Shown here one piece after another: positions 8,743-17,635 of a stretch of DNA of 64,000 nucleotides. The DNA is from a virus. The notes beneath the pieces are model-generated. The model was not told the origin of the DNA. It ran no database searches and worked only from the letters and a program-made list of their open reading frames with translations. The translations under genes were made by a program, and so were the position numbers. Each line of letters begins with the position of its first letter. Position 1 is the stretch's first letter. The DNA lies in the IMG/VR virus record IMGVR_UViG_3300005613_000004. The stretch is one strand, 5' to 3'.

Positions 8743-9813
8743 ATGACATTACAAAACACTGGATCAATCTCATTTACAAATATTTCTAATGAATTTGGAA
8801 ACCAAGGAAGTATTGGTGCATATAGATCAACTCAATCTATTGGTGGGAGAAATTGGCCTCTTGATGAAGGATTTCCTACATCTGGTGCAGTATCTTTCTC
8901 AGATTTTTATGGAAAACGGAGAAATATTATAATTGATTGCTATACTAGTGGTGGAAGTAGAGTGAATGCAGGAGACCGTGCCAGGACAACAGTGGGAGGT
9001 GGTCCTACGAATGTAACTGGTTCACGACTTATCATTTATGTCAATAATACATTTAAAGGAAATAAAGGGGGAAATTCTAGAACGAGATATTCATTAAGAA
9101 CGGGAGGATTTGCCAATGCTGCAAAAATGGATATTATTTTAGGAAATTCTGCAAGAATTTTAGGTGCAGGAGGAAATGGTGGTGCTGGTGGAACACGTAA
9201 CGAAAATGGAGCTAATAGTGGAAAATCTGGAGAACCTGGACAAAGTGCATTAGCACTTGATAGAAATGTTGAAGAAATAGTATTGAGTAGTGGAGCAATT
9301 ATCAGAGCAGGTAGTGGTGGTGGCGGCGGTGGCGGCGCTGCTGCCGGAGAAAGAGATAATAGCAAAGAACAAGCCGGAGGTGGTGGAGGTGGAGGTGGAT
9401 CTGGAACTCCGGCAGGAAACGCAGGAGCAAAAGCAGGGGAAGGATCCGCAGCAGGAAATGCAGGAAATTCCACTAAAGGTGGTAATGGTGGAAAAGGTGG
9501 AGATGCTGGTGGCAACGCTTTTGGTGGAGGAGGTGGTGGTGGTGGATCATGGGGTGCAAGTAATGGTGGAGAAGGTGGAAAAGGTGGCGAAAATGATGAT
9601 AATCAAGCAGAAAATGGTGACGACGGAAACACTAGTGGTACAGGAGGAGATGGTGGTAAAGGTTTAGCAAGAGGAAGTGGACAGTCGGAGAAAGATGGAG
9701 GATCCGGAGGTGCTAGTGGATACTCAATTACTTCAGTATCTGGTGTTGTAATTCCAACACCATCGGGAGGAACCGTTCAAGGACCCCGTGCAAGTGGGGG
9801 AGGAATATCATAG
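8743..9813 (+). CDS. Glycine-rich fibre-associated protein
   Basis: ATG at 8743 (MTLQNTGSISF); poly-Gly tracts; follows the fibre genes. Confidence 0.7.
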   Translation: MTLQNTGSISFTNISNEFGNQGSIGAYRSTQSIGGRNWPLDEGFPTSGAVSFSDFYGKRRNIIIDCYTSGGSRVNAGDRARTTVGGGPTNVTGSRLIIYVNNTFKGNKGGNSRTRYSLRTGGFANAAKMDIILGNSARILGAGGNGGAGGTRNENGANSGKSGEPGQSALALDRNVEEIVLSSGAIIRAGSGGGGGGGAAAGERDNSKEQAGGGGGGGGSGTPAGNAGAKAGEGSAAGNAGNSTKGGNGGKGGDAGGNAFGGGGGGGGSWGASNGGEGGKGGENDDNQAENGDDGNTSGTGGDGGKGLARGSGQSEKDGGSGGASGYSITSVSGVVIPTPSGGTVQGPRASGGGIS

Positions 9814-9840
9814 ATAGATAGATTAGAATATTATAATATT

Positions 9841-10452
9841 ATGGAAAAAATAGAAGTTGTAATATATGAATCTCCTTTTCCGCATATGATTGTGGAAAAT
9901 TTTTATAATAAAGAAGAATTGAATCTTATTTGGGAAGAATTAAATTTTTATACAAAACCAGGAAAATTTTTAGAAGCAAAATATTATGGTGGAATAGTTG
10001 ATTACACAAATTCTAAAGCACTTCATTTGGATTCATTATATGATGATAAGTATAGATCAATTTCAAATATTTTAACTGTAAATAGAAAATTATTTAATTG
10101 TGGAGTATTGGATCATTTCTCAAATATACATCAGTGTTGTATCTTAGCAAATAAATCTAATTATGATATCACTAAAGTTAGATACTATCATGATGGAGAA
10201 TATTACGACCCTCATACCGATAGTTCAATGCAATTTTTAGCATTTTCATACTTTTATAGAGAACCAAAAAAATTTGTAGGAGGAAATTTAGTATTCCCAC
10301 AATATGATCACGAGATTATATGTAATAATAATTCTACGATTATCTTTCCTGGATGGGTAGAACACGGAGTTTCTAAAGTTGAAATTAATGAATCCGATTA
10401 TTTTGATGGATTTGGTCGTTATGCAATTACTTCATTTTTTGGATGTAAGTAA
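9841..10452 (+). CDS. 2OG-Fe(II) oxygenase (prolyl-hydroxylase-like)
   Basis: YDPHTD, GGNLVF, FPGWVEHGV, GRYAIT motifs. Confidence 0.85.
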   Translation: MEKIEVVIYESPFPHMIVENFYNKEELNLIWEELNFYTKPGKFLEAKYYGGIVDYTNSKALHLDSLYDDKYRSISNILTVNRKLFNCGVLDHFSNIHQCCILANKSNYDITKVRYYHDGEYYDPHTDSSMQFLAFSYFYREPKKFVGGNLVFPQYDHEIICNNNSTIIFPGWVEHGVSKVEINESDYFDGFGRYAITSFFGCK

Positions 10453-10458
10453 ACAGAC

Positions 10459-11028
10459 ATGATAAATCAGAATTTTATATCAATTTATGATGATATTTTA
10501 TCAAAAGAATACTGTGATATTATCATCAATGAATATGAAAATAATACAGAAAGACATCAAAAAGGTTTAGTTGGGAATGGCAAGATTAAATCAGAAATTA
10601 AAAAATCTACAGATATTAATTACTCTATAAATGAAAAATGTGATACTGTCTCAATTATCTTAGATACTTTAGAAATTGCCATGGATGAATATAAAAATAA
10701 TTATCCTGATGTAGATATGATTAATAAATGGGGTATTGAAACAGCATTTAATGTGCAGAAATATAAACCAGGTGAAGGATTTTTTTCTACTCATTGCGAA
10801 TCTGTGGATCTTGTCTCATCAAATAGGGTTCTTGTTTGGATGTTTTATTTGAATGATGTTTATGATAATGGTGGAACTAGATTTCCTACTTATGATCTCA
10901 CTATAAATGCAAGAATGGGTAGATTAGTTGTTTGGCCTGCATATTGGACTCATCAACATCATGGTATTTCAAGTGAAACTGAAACAAAATACATTGCTAC
11001 AGGATGGCATGTATTCAAAGAGTCTTGA
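10459..11028 (+). CDS. 2OG-Fe(II) oxygenase
   Basis: QKYKPGEGFFSTHCE, MFYLNDV..GGTRF, WPAYWTHQHHG, KYIATGW. Confidence 0.85.
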   Translation: MINQNFISIYDDILSKEYCDIIINEYENNTERHQKGLVGNGKIKSEIKKSTDINYSINEKCDTVSIILDTLEIAMDEYKNNYPDVDMINKWGIETAFNVQKYKPGEGFFSTHCESVDLVSSNRVLVWMFYLNDVYDNGGTRFPTYDLTINARMGRLVVWPAYWTHQHHGISSETETKYIATGWHVFKES

Positions 11029-11053
11029 CAGGACTCTAAAAACCCTGTAGACT
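11025..11053 (+). promoter_or_regulatory. sigma70-like promoter
   Basis: TTGACA-N17-TAGACT. Confidence 0.65.
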
Positions 11054-11093
11054 ACCTTTGTCTGGGTTGAAGATGAGATTCTAAGTTATTAAA

Positions 11094-11147
11094 GACAGTT
11101 CTAGAACCGTCCACTGGGTCGCACTGGGGACGGTTTTCTGCTATAAT
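11094..11147 (+). promoter_or_regulatory. Early-type palindrome + -10 element, copy 1
   Basis: GACAGTT-CTA-GAACCGTCCAC, 27 nt, TATAAT. Confidence 0.75.
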
Positions 11148-11170
11148 AACAAGGTATTCGACAGGAACCG

Positions 11171-12364
11171 ATGCCCATCACACTGCGTCCTCACCAGCAA
11201 GATGCTTTGGATGCAATGCTGGTCAATGAGAAAGGTCAGATTGTGATTCCGACTGGTGGTGGTAAAACTCCAGTTATGTTCCACGATTTGATTGTCAACT
11301 GCCAGTATATTGACAATGGTATGACTACCGTTGTTGTTGCTCCTCGTATTCTGCTGGCAGAACAACTTTGCTCTGAGTTTCTGGAGCACATTGATACTAC
11401 CAACACTCACATTATGCACGTTCATAGTGGTGAGACTCATCACTTTAGCAGCACGAATCCTTCAAAGATTCATTTGTTTGCTAACACTGCACGAACTGCT
11501 GGTGAGAATGTTATTATCTTCACCACCTATCATTCTCTGCATCGTCTGATTGATGCAGATATTGAAGTCAACACCATTTACTTTGATGAAGCGCACAATT
11601 CCGTTCAACGTAACTTTTTCCCTGCTACGGAACACTTTGCTTTTGATGCTGATCGTTGCTACTTCTTCACTGCTACTCCTAAGCACTCTGTTACTATTTC
11701 CAAACCAGGGATGAATGATCCTGAGATCTACGGTAAAGTTATTTGTAATGTTCCTGCTCCTAAGTTGGTAGAAGAAGGTTATATCCTTCCTCCTAAGGTT
11801 GTTGTGAAGCAACTGGATATGGTACAGGACAAGCAGATGATTGCCGATCGTGATTCTCAGAATCTTCTTGACACCATCGATGAAAATGCACTGGATAAGA
11901 TTCTTATCTGTGCTCGTTCTACCAAGCAGATTATCAAACTTCTTGCAGAATCTGATTTCCGTAATGAACTTACAGAACGTGGTTATTCTGTGATGTATAT
12001 TACTTCTAAGACTGGTGCTATTATTGATGGTCAGAAGGTCAATCGTGAGGTATTCTTTGACACTCTGAATACTTGGGGCAAGGATTCTTCTAAAAAGTTT
12101 GTGGTTCTTCATCACAGCATTCTGTCTGAAGGTATCAACGTTTCTGGTCTGGAAGCAGTTCTGTTTATGCGTAATATGGACTACATTGGATTGAGTCAAA
12201 GTATTGGACGGGTTATCCGTCTGGGAGGATCTCAGAAGACCTTTGGATTGATCTGTGTGCCCGTTTATGATAAAGTGGGTATCAGCACCGCCAAGTCCGT
12301 TCAGGCAGTCGTTGACACCGTGTTCAAGCAGGGACAACCTGCCATCTCCGTTATCCGTCGTTGA
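11171..12364 (+). CDS. SF2 DEAH helicase (ResIII/UvsW-like)
   Basis: PTGGGKT Walker A, DEAH, TAT motif III, LSEGIN, QSIGRVIR. Confidence 0.9.
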   Translation: MPITLRPHQQDALDAMLVNEKGQIVIPTGGGKTPVMFHDLIVNCQYIDNGMTTVVVAPRILLAEQLCSEFLEHIDTTNTHIMHVHSGETHHFSSTNPSKIHLFANTARTAGENVIIFTTYHSLHRLIDADIEVNTIYFDEAHNSVQRNFFPATEHFAFDADRCYFFTATPKHSVTISKPGMNDPEIYGKVICNVPAPKLVEEGYILPPKVVVKQLDMVQDKQMIADRDSQNLLDTIDENALDKILICARSTKQIIKLLAESDFRNELTERGYSVMYITSKTGAIIDGQKVNREVFFDTLNTWGKDSSKKFVVLHHSILSEGINVSGLEAVLFMRNMDYIGLSQSIGRVIRLGGSQKTFGLICVPVYDKVGISTAKSVQAVVDTVFKQGQPAISVIRR

Positions 12365-12367
12365 CCT

Positions 12368-12985
12368 ATGAAAACCACTATTGATTTGGTTCAGGAACTT
12401 CGTTCTCTTCCTGATGCCATTTACCAAAATTTCTGCAATCAGGCAAAGATGGTGGCATTGGAGTACCCTTCTGCACACGGAATTGACTGTTTTGCACGCG
12501 GTGAAACGATTGAATTCGGTTTCATTGATATTGTGGGGCAGTATATTGACCTGAAACCTAACAAGAAAGAAGATTTCAACGATCCTGATGGTCAGTACTA
12601 TCTAGAGCACCTGACTGACGTGAAAACGCAAGGAAATGGGTTTTTACCACGTAAGGACAAAAAAGCTTTGTTTTATTCTAAACAATGGGACATTAAGAAA
12701 ACCGCTAGTGGTGCATCACAGTTTGAATCTAAGGCACACTCTTATATCTTAATTGATCCGATTTGTGCTCGCATTGCAGTGGTAGATACTAGTGTTTTCT
12801 ATCGCAAACCATTTCGCAATAACTCTGCACGTATTTCATTCAGTGTAAAACCACAGGATGTTTATATGATCTATGATGGTATCAGCAGTGTGATTGATAC
12901 TTCGATTGTTCCTGATCCTAATGCAATCTATCGTGAGATTTGGAAGAAAGCAGGAGATAAACTAGAAGCACTGACCACCTGCTGA
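12368..12985 (+). CDS. Hypothetical protein, possible PD-(D/E)xK nuclease
   Basis: RGETIE...DPDGQYYLEHLTDVK pattern. Confidence 0.5.
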   Translation: MKTTIDLVQELRSLPDAIYQNFCNQAKMVALEYPSAHGIDCFARGETIEFGFIDIVGQYIDLKPNKKEDFNDPDGQYYLEHLTDVKTQGNGFLPRKDKKALFYSKQWDIKKTASGASQFESKAHSYILIDPICARIAVVDTSVFYRKPFRNNSARISFSVKPQDVYMIYDGISSVIDTSIVPDPNAIYREIWKKAGDKLEALTTC

Positions 12986-13028
12986 ACTGGCACACTGCTT
13001 CCCCACACCACTCCAACTCTGCTATAAT
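12973..13028 (+). promoter_or_regulatory. Early-type element, copy 2
   Basis: GACCAC..GAACTGGCAC, 29 nt, TATAAT. Confidence 0.7.
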
Positions 13029-13054
13029 ACTTAAGTAATCAAGGGAACAACCCC

Positions 13055-13198
13055 ATGAAATGCAAAGTCAAACTCTATGTTGCTGGCACGGTTTTCACTG
13101 AGACTGTTTATGCTCGTGACTATCAAGAAGCCCGTCAAGTTGCATTGGCACGTAATCCTAACGCACAAGTTGTAAGTGTGAATGCCAGTTTCTTCTAA
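13055..13198 (+). CDS. Small hypothetical protein (47 aa, not in ORF track)
   Basis: MKCKVKLYVAGTVF...NASFF directly after promoter copy 2. Confidence 0.75.
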   Translation: MKCKVKLYVAGTVFTETVYARDYQEARQVALARNPNAQVVSVNASFF

Positions 13199-13443
13199 TG
13201 TCTGTGTTTCTTAAACCACATATAGAAACTCCGGGAATCCTCAATCCAAAGATTGGGGATCCTTTGGGGTATGTATCCAATGATGGGACATGGGCTGCTA
13301 TTCCTTTCGTAAATGGTAAAGAATTTGCAATTATACATAACGGTGAGCATGTGCATCAAGCAAAAACTTATAAGCAGGCACTTGCATATATTAAAAAATC
13401 GTCCAAAGTAAAGAAAACATCATCTCTTGAAAAGTTTCTATGA
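13198..13443 (+). CDS. Hypothetical protein
   Basis: Stop/start overlap with the upstream ORF. Confidence 0.7.
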   Translation: MSVFLKPHIETPGILNPKIGDPLGYVSNDGTWAAIPFVNGKEFAIIHNGEHVHQAKTYKQALAYIKKSSKVKKTSSLEKFL

Positions 13444-13495
13444 AAGTGATTTCAAATCCAACTATCAAAAGTAAGGTTTTATTTAAAAATTTAAA

Positions 13496-14173
13496 ATGAC
13501 AAACTACATGTATCCCAACTTTACTATCATAGATAATTTTTTGGATGATCCAGATGCTGCCGTAGAATTGTCGAAAAATTTAAAGTGGACTTCCACTTCA
13601 GATGGTAGATGGCCTGGAGAAAGATCTGAAAAACTTCATGAAGTTAATAAAACATTTTTTAACTATGTTTGCAATAAAATCTATAACATTTTTTATGAAT
13701 CGCAACCAAATTATTGGAATACTTCTCTAAATTTTCAGAGAATAAAACCATTTCATACTGATCAGTATGACAAAAAGAATCGTGGATGGATTCACATGGA
13801 CAATGGTTGTCATTTTGGAGGAATTATATATCTCAATAAAAATCCAGAACCTGATACAGGAACTTCCATGTATCGTATGAAAGATGGTTATTCCATGCAA
13901 CATAGTATGAGTGTTAAACAAAATCTTTATATTGGTAATATGAGTTCTGAAAATGATGAACAATATTATAAGACATTCGATGAAGTAAATGGACAATACT
14001 TAGAAACTGTTAAAGTTGAAAATGTATATAATAGATTAGTTTTCATCGATTCCAGAACTTATCATGGAGTTCAAACGTTTGGAACAAAGGAAAGATTAAC
14101 ACTATGTTTTTTTGGGAATGACATTGGAGGTAAAATGCAACCTATGCTTAGACAATCAAATTGTGTTAAATAA
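13496..14173 (+). CDS. 2OG-Fe(II) oxygenase-like protein (DUF6445-like)
   Basis: GWIHMD, YLNKNPEPDTGT, NRLVFIDSRTYHG, RLTLCFF. Confidence 0.7.
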   Translation: MTNYMYPNFTIIDNFLDDPDAAVELSKNLKWTSTSDGRWPGERSEKLHEVNKTFFNYVCNKIYNIFYESQPNYWNTSLNFQRIKPFHTDQYDKKNRGWIHMDNGCHFGGIIYLNKNPEPDTGTSMYRMKDGYSMQHSMSVKQNLYIGNMSSENDEQYYKTFDEVNGQYLETVKVENVYNRLVFIDSRTYHGVQTFGTKERLTLCFFGNDIGGKMQPMLRQSNCVK

Positions 14174-14204
14174 TGCAAGAAAATAATTTAAAAAAGTCCT
14201 TAAT

Positions 14205-14447
14205 ATGACTTATCAGGCAGTAATTTATTCTGATGGCAATCAAGAATGTCAAAGAATGATTCATCTTCTTCGCAATTTTGGTTGGGAATTGCATGAATAT
14301 TTTTTAGGTATTGATTTTAGTGATAGACAGTTTCGTATGGAGTTTGGATCAGAAGCAACATATCCACAAATTGCCATTAATAATAAGCATATTGGTGATA
14401 TGAAAGAAACTTTAAACTATATGAAAGAAATTGGGATGTTTCAATGA
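14205..14447 (+). CDS. Glutaredoxin-like protein lacking CxxC
   Basis: TYPQI..NNKHIG glutaredoxin motif; single Cys (NQEC). Confidence 0.65.
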   Translation: MTYQAVIYSDGNQECQRMIHLLRNFGWELHEYFLGIDFSDRQFRMEFGSEATYPQIAINNKHIGDMKETLNYMKEIGMFQ

Positions 14448-14866
14448 AAAAGAATGATACCGTGGAGTACATTGGATGCTCTCAAGAACAAATTAATTGG
14501 GGCAATAATAATGATCCACGGTCAGTTCTTGTCATTGGCAAAGAATATATTGTCGAAAAAGTTATTGTTCATTCTCAACATACAAAAATAAAGTTATATA
14601 ATAAAGTGGGGATGTTTAACTCAGTTTGCTTCAGAGTTAAAAATTCGCAGTTAAATAACTCTTTACAGTATATTACAAAAATGGATCCATCTAGTATAAC
14701 ATTATCAACACCATCAAAGTCATTTGCTTATGAACAGCAGGCTAGAGAAATTGAAAAATGTTCTGATTTAGAAGAACTTCGTAATATTTGCAAATGCTAT
14801 GTTAAACTTTATTATAAGCAACAAGAAACATTAAAAGGACTGGGAATTCCAAATGAAACTAATTGA
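14444..14866 (+). CDS. Hypothetical protein; C-terminal 61 aa (ATG 14681) NblA-like
   Basis: MDPSSITLST..F.YEQ..REIEKC..LEELRNICKCYVKLYYKQQE two-helix pattern resembling phage NblA-like proteins. Confidence 0.45.
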   Translation: MKKNDTVEYIGCSQEQINWGNNNDPRSVLVIGKEYIVEKVIVHSQHTKIKLYNKVGMFNSVCFRVKNSQLNNSLQYITKMDPSSITLSTPSKSFAYEQQAREIEKCSDLEELRNICKCYVKLYYKQQETLKGLGIPNETN

Positions 14867-15062
14867 AAAGTCAGATCCTCAATATTTTGAGGTTACATCT
14901 GATGAACCATATGATAGACACAAGTACAAGTTGACTTTACCTCATGGTCGTACTATAATCTTAGAAAGTTATGAACAAGTTCAATCCATGTGGTTTCAAA
15001 GTATACACAATTGGAAGGGTGCAACAATTGAAGTAATTGATCGTAAAAAAGGATTTCAGTAA
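14853..15062 (+). CDS. Hypothetical protein
   Basis: Tightly packed ORF. Confidence 0.7.
   Translation: MKLIEKSDPQYFEVTSDEPYDRHKYKLTLPHGRTIILESYEQVQSMWFQSIHNWKGATIEVIDRKKGFQ
14931..14959 (+). promoter_or_regulatory. sigma70-like promoter inside an ORF
   Basis: TTGACT-N17-TATAAT. Confidence 0.65.
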
Positions 15063-15072
15063 ATTTGAAATT

Positions 15073-15216
15073 ATGACTAATAAAAAATATACAACTAAAT
15101 CTGGTGACACTTGGGAGTGGGAAGAAACCGAAGAAATTCGTAAGGCAGTAGAACAACTGCACAATACTATTCGTGAACTTGAGACAAAAGCACCTGATTA
15201 TGGAGTTGGTAAATGA
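15073..15216 (+). CDS. Small hypothetical protein (47 aa)
   Basis: MTNKKYTTKSGDTWEWEE...; ATGA overlap with the next ORF. Confidence 0.65.
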   Translation: MTNKKYTTKSGDTWEWEETEEIRKAVEQLHNTIRELETKAPDYGVGK

Positions 15217-15425
15217 AACTATTGACACTTGAAGATTATCAAAAAGCAGGAGAAACATTTTGGCCAAAGTATTGGTATGTTGCTAAAGAACTTGGTGAAG
15301 ATGCTAAAACTGAAGATATTTTGAAAGTTATGGAAGCAGTTGGTGGTGTTGCACTAAAACTGGCACTTGAAGAAAAAGATGGTCCTTTTGGGTTTAATAA
15401 AAAGGAAAAGGATACTAATGACTGA
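15213..15425 (+). CDS. Hypothetical protein
   Basis: Translationally coupled ORF. Confidence 0.75.
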   Translation: MKLLTLEDYQKAGETFWPKYWYVAKELGEDAKTEDILKVMEAVGGVALKLALEEKDGPFGFNKKEKDTND

Positions 15426-15654
15426 ACATCCAGAAATTACTGAATATGAATGGATTGATAATTGTTTCCGTGTATGGGAGACGAGATTTGGTCTTTGGTC
15501 TAGTGAAACAAAAGAAGGTCGTAAAATGCTCACAGGATTGACAAAAGAATCAGTTGTTAAAATGACACGATGGCATCTTAAATGTGAGCAAGAAGGATGG
15601 CCAGAAGGTAGTGTACGTGTCGTAGGATCTGCTAGTGTAGGAGGTAAATTGTAA
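15418..15654 (+). CDS. Hypothetical protein
   Basis: ATG at 15418 (MTEHPEI). Confidence 0.75.
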   Translation: MTEHPEITEYEWIDNCFRVWETRFGLWSSETKEGRKMLTGLTKESVVKMTRWHLKCEQEGWPEGSVRVVGSASVGGKL

Positions 15655-15833
15655 TGTACGAAGAATTAAATTGTTTTGAAGAAGCACTCAAGCATTTTGG
15701 AACAAGAGTTGAAATTATTACTGCTATGGAAATAGCACGTAAATTAACTGCTGAAGATGCCTATCAAATGATCAAGAATGAACTGAAAGAAGTTAAAAAG
15801 TGTCGCAAACAATTTCAGAATGATGACTGCTGA
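15654..15833 (+). CDS. Small hypothetical protein (59 aa)
   Basis: MYEELNCFEEALKHFG...; coupled to both neighbours. Confidence 0.7.
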   Translation: MYEELNCFEEALKHFGTRVEIITAMEIARKLTAEDAYQMIKNELKEVKKCRKQFQNDDC

Positions 15834-15984
15834 TTCACTTAAAATACATCAGAATGATGATGGATCTTATAGCATGGAATGGGACAAAGAAGATCCTAAC
15901 TGGAAGTGGCTCAATGGGTTGACAAGCAAGGAAATTCAATCTATCATAGAGGAAGCAATCAAAGATTATTCAAATGACATCTGA
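15823..15984 (+). CDS. Small hypothetical protein (53 aa)
   Basis: MTADSLKIHQNDDGSY... Confidence 0.65.
   Translation: MTADSLKIHQNDDGSYSMEWDKEDPNWKWLNGLTSKEIQSIIEEAIKDYSNDI
15919..15947 (+). promoter_or_regulatory. sigma70-like promoter inside an ORF
   Basis: TTGACA-N17-TATCAT. Confidence 0.65.
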
Positions 15985-16405
15985 CTCTGATTATAAAAAA
16001 TATTCTTTAGAAAAATTTGATGAATGGTTTCTAGATGCTCTTAATTGTGATGAAATTTCTCCGAAGGACATCTATGATACGATTACAAAATCTTTGCATA
16101 GTAGTATTGAGTATCATAAAAAGCAATTAGATAAAACCAACGAACTTCTTTCACTTTTGAGTAAAACTTCATCCCCTATTTCTAATGAAGAGAATATCAC
16201 TATTGCGACAAAGAAGGACATTGATGATTTTTGGAATTGTCAAAAAGATTTTAAAGATGAAATAGAATTAACTGGTGAAATAGAATTAATTGAAGAAATA
16301 GAATTGGCTAAAGAAATCGAATTCATTAAACAATCAGGTGGATTTGAATGGACTCCAGAATCGAAACACTCTAATTATTATTACGAAACTGATAGGAACA
16401 AATAA
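15974..16405 (+). CDS. Hypothetical protein
   Basis: 143-aa ORF. Confidence 0.7.
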   Translation: MTSDSDYKKYSLEKFDEWFLDALNCDEISPKDIYDTITKSLHSSIEYHKKQLDKTNELLSLLSKTSSPISNEENITIATKKDIDDFWNCQKDFKDEIELTGEIELIEEIELAKEIEFIKQSGGFEWTPESKHSNYYYETDRNK

Positions 16406-16630
16406 ATGGCACTTACAAAACAAGTAGAAGAATCACTCAATGAAGCACAGGGTAATCTAAGAAATGCCCTACATTGGGCAGCAAAGAATGAAAGACCAAT
16501 GGTATGTTCAGTCATTGCAGATATGATTCAAAGAATTGATACTGTTATTCATACAGATTCTATTTTGGATAAACTAGAAAATCGTGAACCGGGAGATTCT
16601 GGACTATTTGGTCCTTCTTTTGAAGAATGA
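16406..16630 (+). CDS. Hypothetical protein
   Basis: 74-aa ORF abutting the upstream stop. Confidence 0.75.
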   Translation: MALTKQVEESLNEAQGNLRNALHWAAKNERPMVCSVIADMIQRIDTVIHTDSILDKLENREPGDSGLFGPSFEE

Positions 16631-16665
16631 TAAATTAATCTAGAAGAAAATACTGCAAAAAATCT

Positions 16666-16836
16666 ATGACTCTTCCATTCGATGGTAAAAAATTGACCGA
16701 AAATGAAGAAAAAAGCATAAAAAATGCAATAAAAGAATCGGATATCCGTGCTATTCACCCTGAAAGAATGGAAGCTTTTGCTCAACATTTAGTTGAAAAA
16801 CTAAAGTCAACTTTTCATAATGCAAAAAATCAATAA
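16666..16836 (+). CDS. Small hypothetical protein (56 aa)
   Basis: MTLPFDGKKL...IRAIHPERMEAFA. Confidence 0.6.
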   Translation: MTLPFDGKKLTENEEKSIKNAIKESDIRAIHPERMEAFAQHLVEKLKSTFHNAKNQ

Positions 16837-16864
16837 TAAATAAGTATCATAACAATACAGAACC

Positions 16865-17080
16865 ATGGAAAAATCCATCGAAGATCATATTGAAAAGGAC
16901 AAACAAATTTTAGAAAATCCTACTATTTCACCACAACAACGTCGTCATATTGAATCTGAACTTCATGATTTGGAAGAATATCATGAACACAATCCCAATG
17001 ATCATCATGACCCAACACCATTAGAAATGTATTGTGATGCCAATCCTGATGCAGATGAATGTAAAATTTATGAGGACTGA
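16865..17080 (+). CDS. cp12: CP12 Calvin-cycle inhibitor (auxiliary metabolic gene)
   Basis: C-terminal YCDANPDADECKIYED signature; ELHDLEEY core; AATAAATA upstream. Confidence 0.9.
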   Translation: MEKSIEDHIEKDKQILENPTISPQQRRHIESELHDLEEYHEHNPNDHHDPTPLEMYCDANPDADECKIYED

Positions 17081-17137
17081 ACCACTTTAAGAACTGTCCA
17101 CTCTGCCCCCTGACTCTGCCCCACTCTGCCCTATAAT
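17081..17137 (+). promoter_or_regulatory. Early-type element, copy 3
   Basis: GAACTGTCCAC, 30 nt containing ACTCTGCCC x3, TATAAT. Confidence 0.75.
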
Positions 17138-17162
17138 AACAAGGTAATCAAGCAAAGGCACC

Positions 17163-17567
17163 ATGGGCACCCGTTCCCGCATTGGCATTGAACTCAAGGA
17201 TCAGAGCATTCTGAGTGTATATTGTCACTATGATGGTTATCCTTCCTTCAACGGTCGCATCCTGCGTGATAACTTTGATACCATTGAGAAAGTAAAGGAA
17301 TTGATTGATGGTGGTGATATGTCCTGCACTTGGACTAATGCAGGTTGGAACAATGAAACTCTGCCCGAAACTGGCCCACTATACTACTCTTCCCGTGGTG
17401 AAGATTGCCCTCCTCGTCTTGATAAAGATATGGAAGAGTTTTTCTCTATGGGTGAAGAATACTCTTACATCTTCCGCAATGGTAACTGGTTTGCCTATGA
17501 TATGCACCAGTTTGGAAATAATGTAGCACCTGAACCTGTGGAGATCCCTGTTGGTCCAGTTGCATAA
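17163..17567 (+). CDS. Hypothetical phage protein
   Basis: MGTRSRIG...SVYCHYDGYP. Confidence 0.8.
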   Translation: MGTRSRIGIELKDQSILSVYCHYDGYPSFNGRILRDNFDTIEKVKELIDGGDMSCTWTNAGWNNETLPETGPLYYSSRGEDCPPRLDKDMEEFFSMGEEYSYIFRNGNWFAYDMHQFGNNVAPEPVEIPVGPVA

Positions 17568-17610
17568 GTGTCACAGAGCATCCTGAAACCCCATCAGGAT
17601 GCCCTATAAT
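17554..17610 (+). promoter_or_regulatory. Early-type element, copy 4
   Basis: GTCCAGTT..TAAGTGTCAC, GCATCCTGA/TCAGGATGC inverted repeat, TATAAT. Confidence 0.75.
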
Positions 17611-17635
17611 ACATTCATACACAAGGGAACCACCC

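Noticed and set aside
5977-9515. Long antisense ORFs (5977..6480, 7301..7837, 9036..9515) including a Pro-rich one
   Set aside because: Mirror images of repetitive Gly/Thr/Ser-rich fibre coding
9290-9780. Collagen-like domain as substrate for the neighbouring hydroxylases
   Set aside because: Poly-Gly/GGxGG pattern, not sustained Gly-X-Y, and few prolines
11462-12478. 338-aa antisense ORF
   Set aside because: Shadow of the helicase, whose codon bias suppresses stops on the opposite strand; no recognisable motifs
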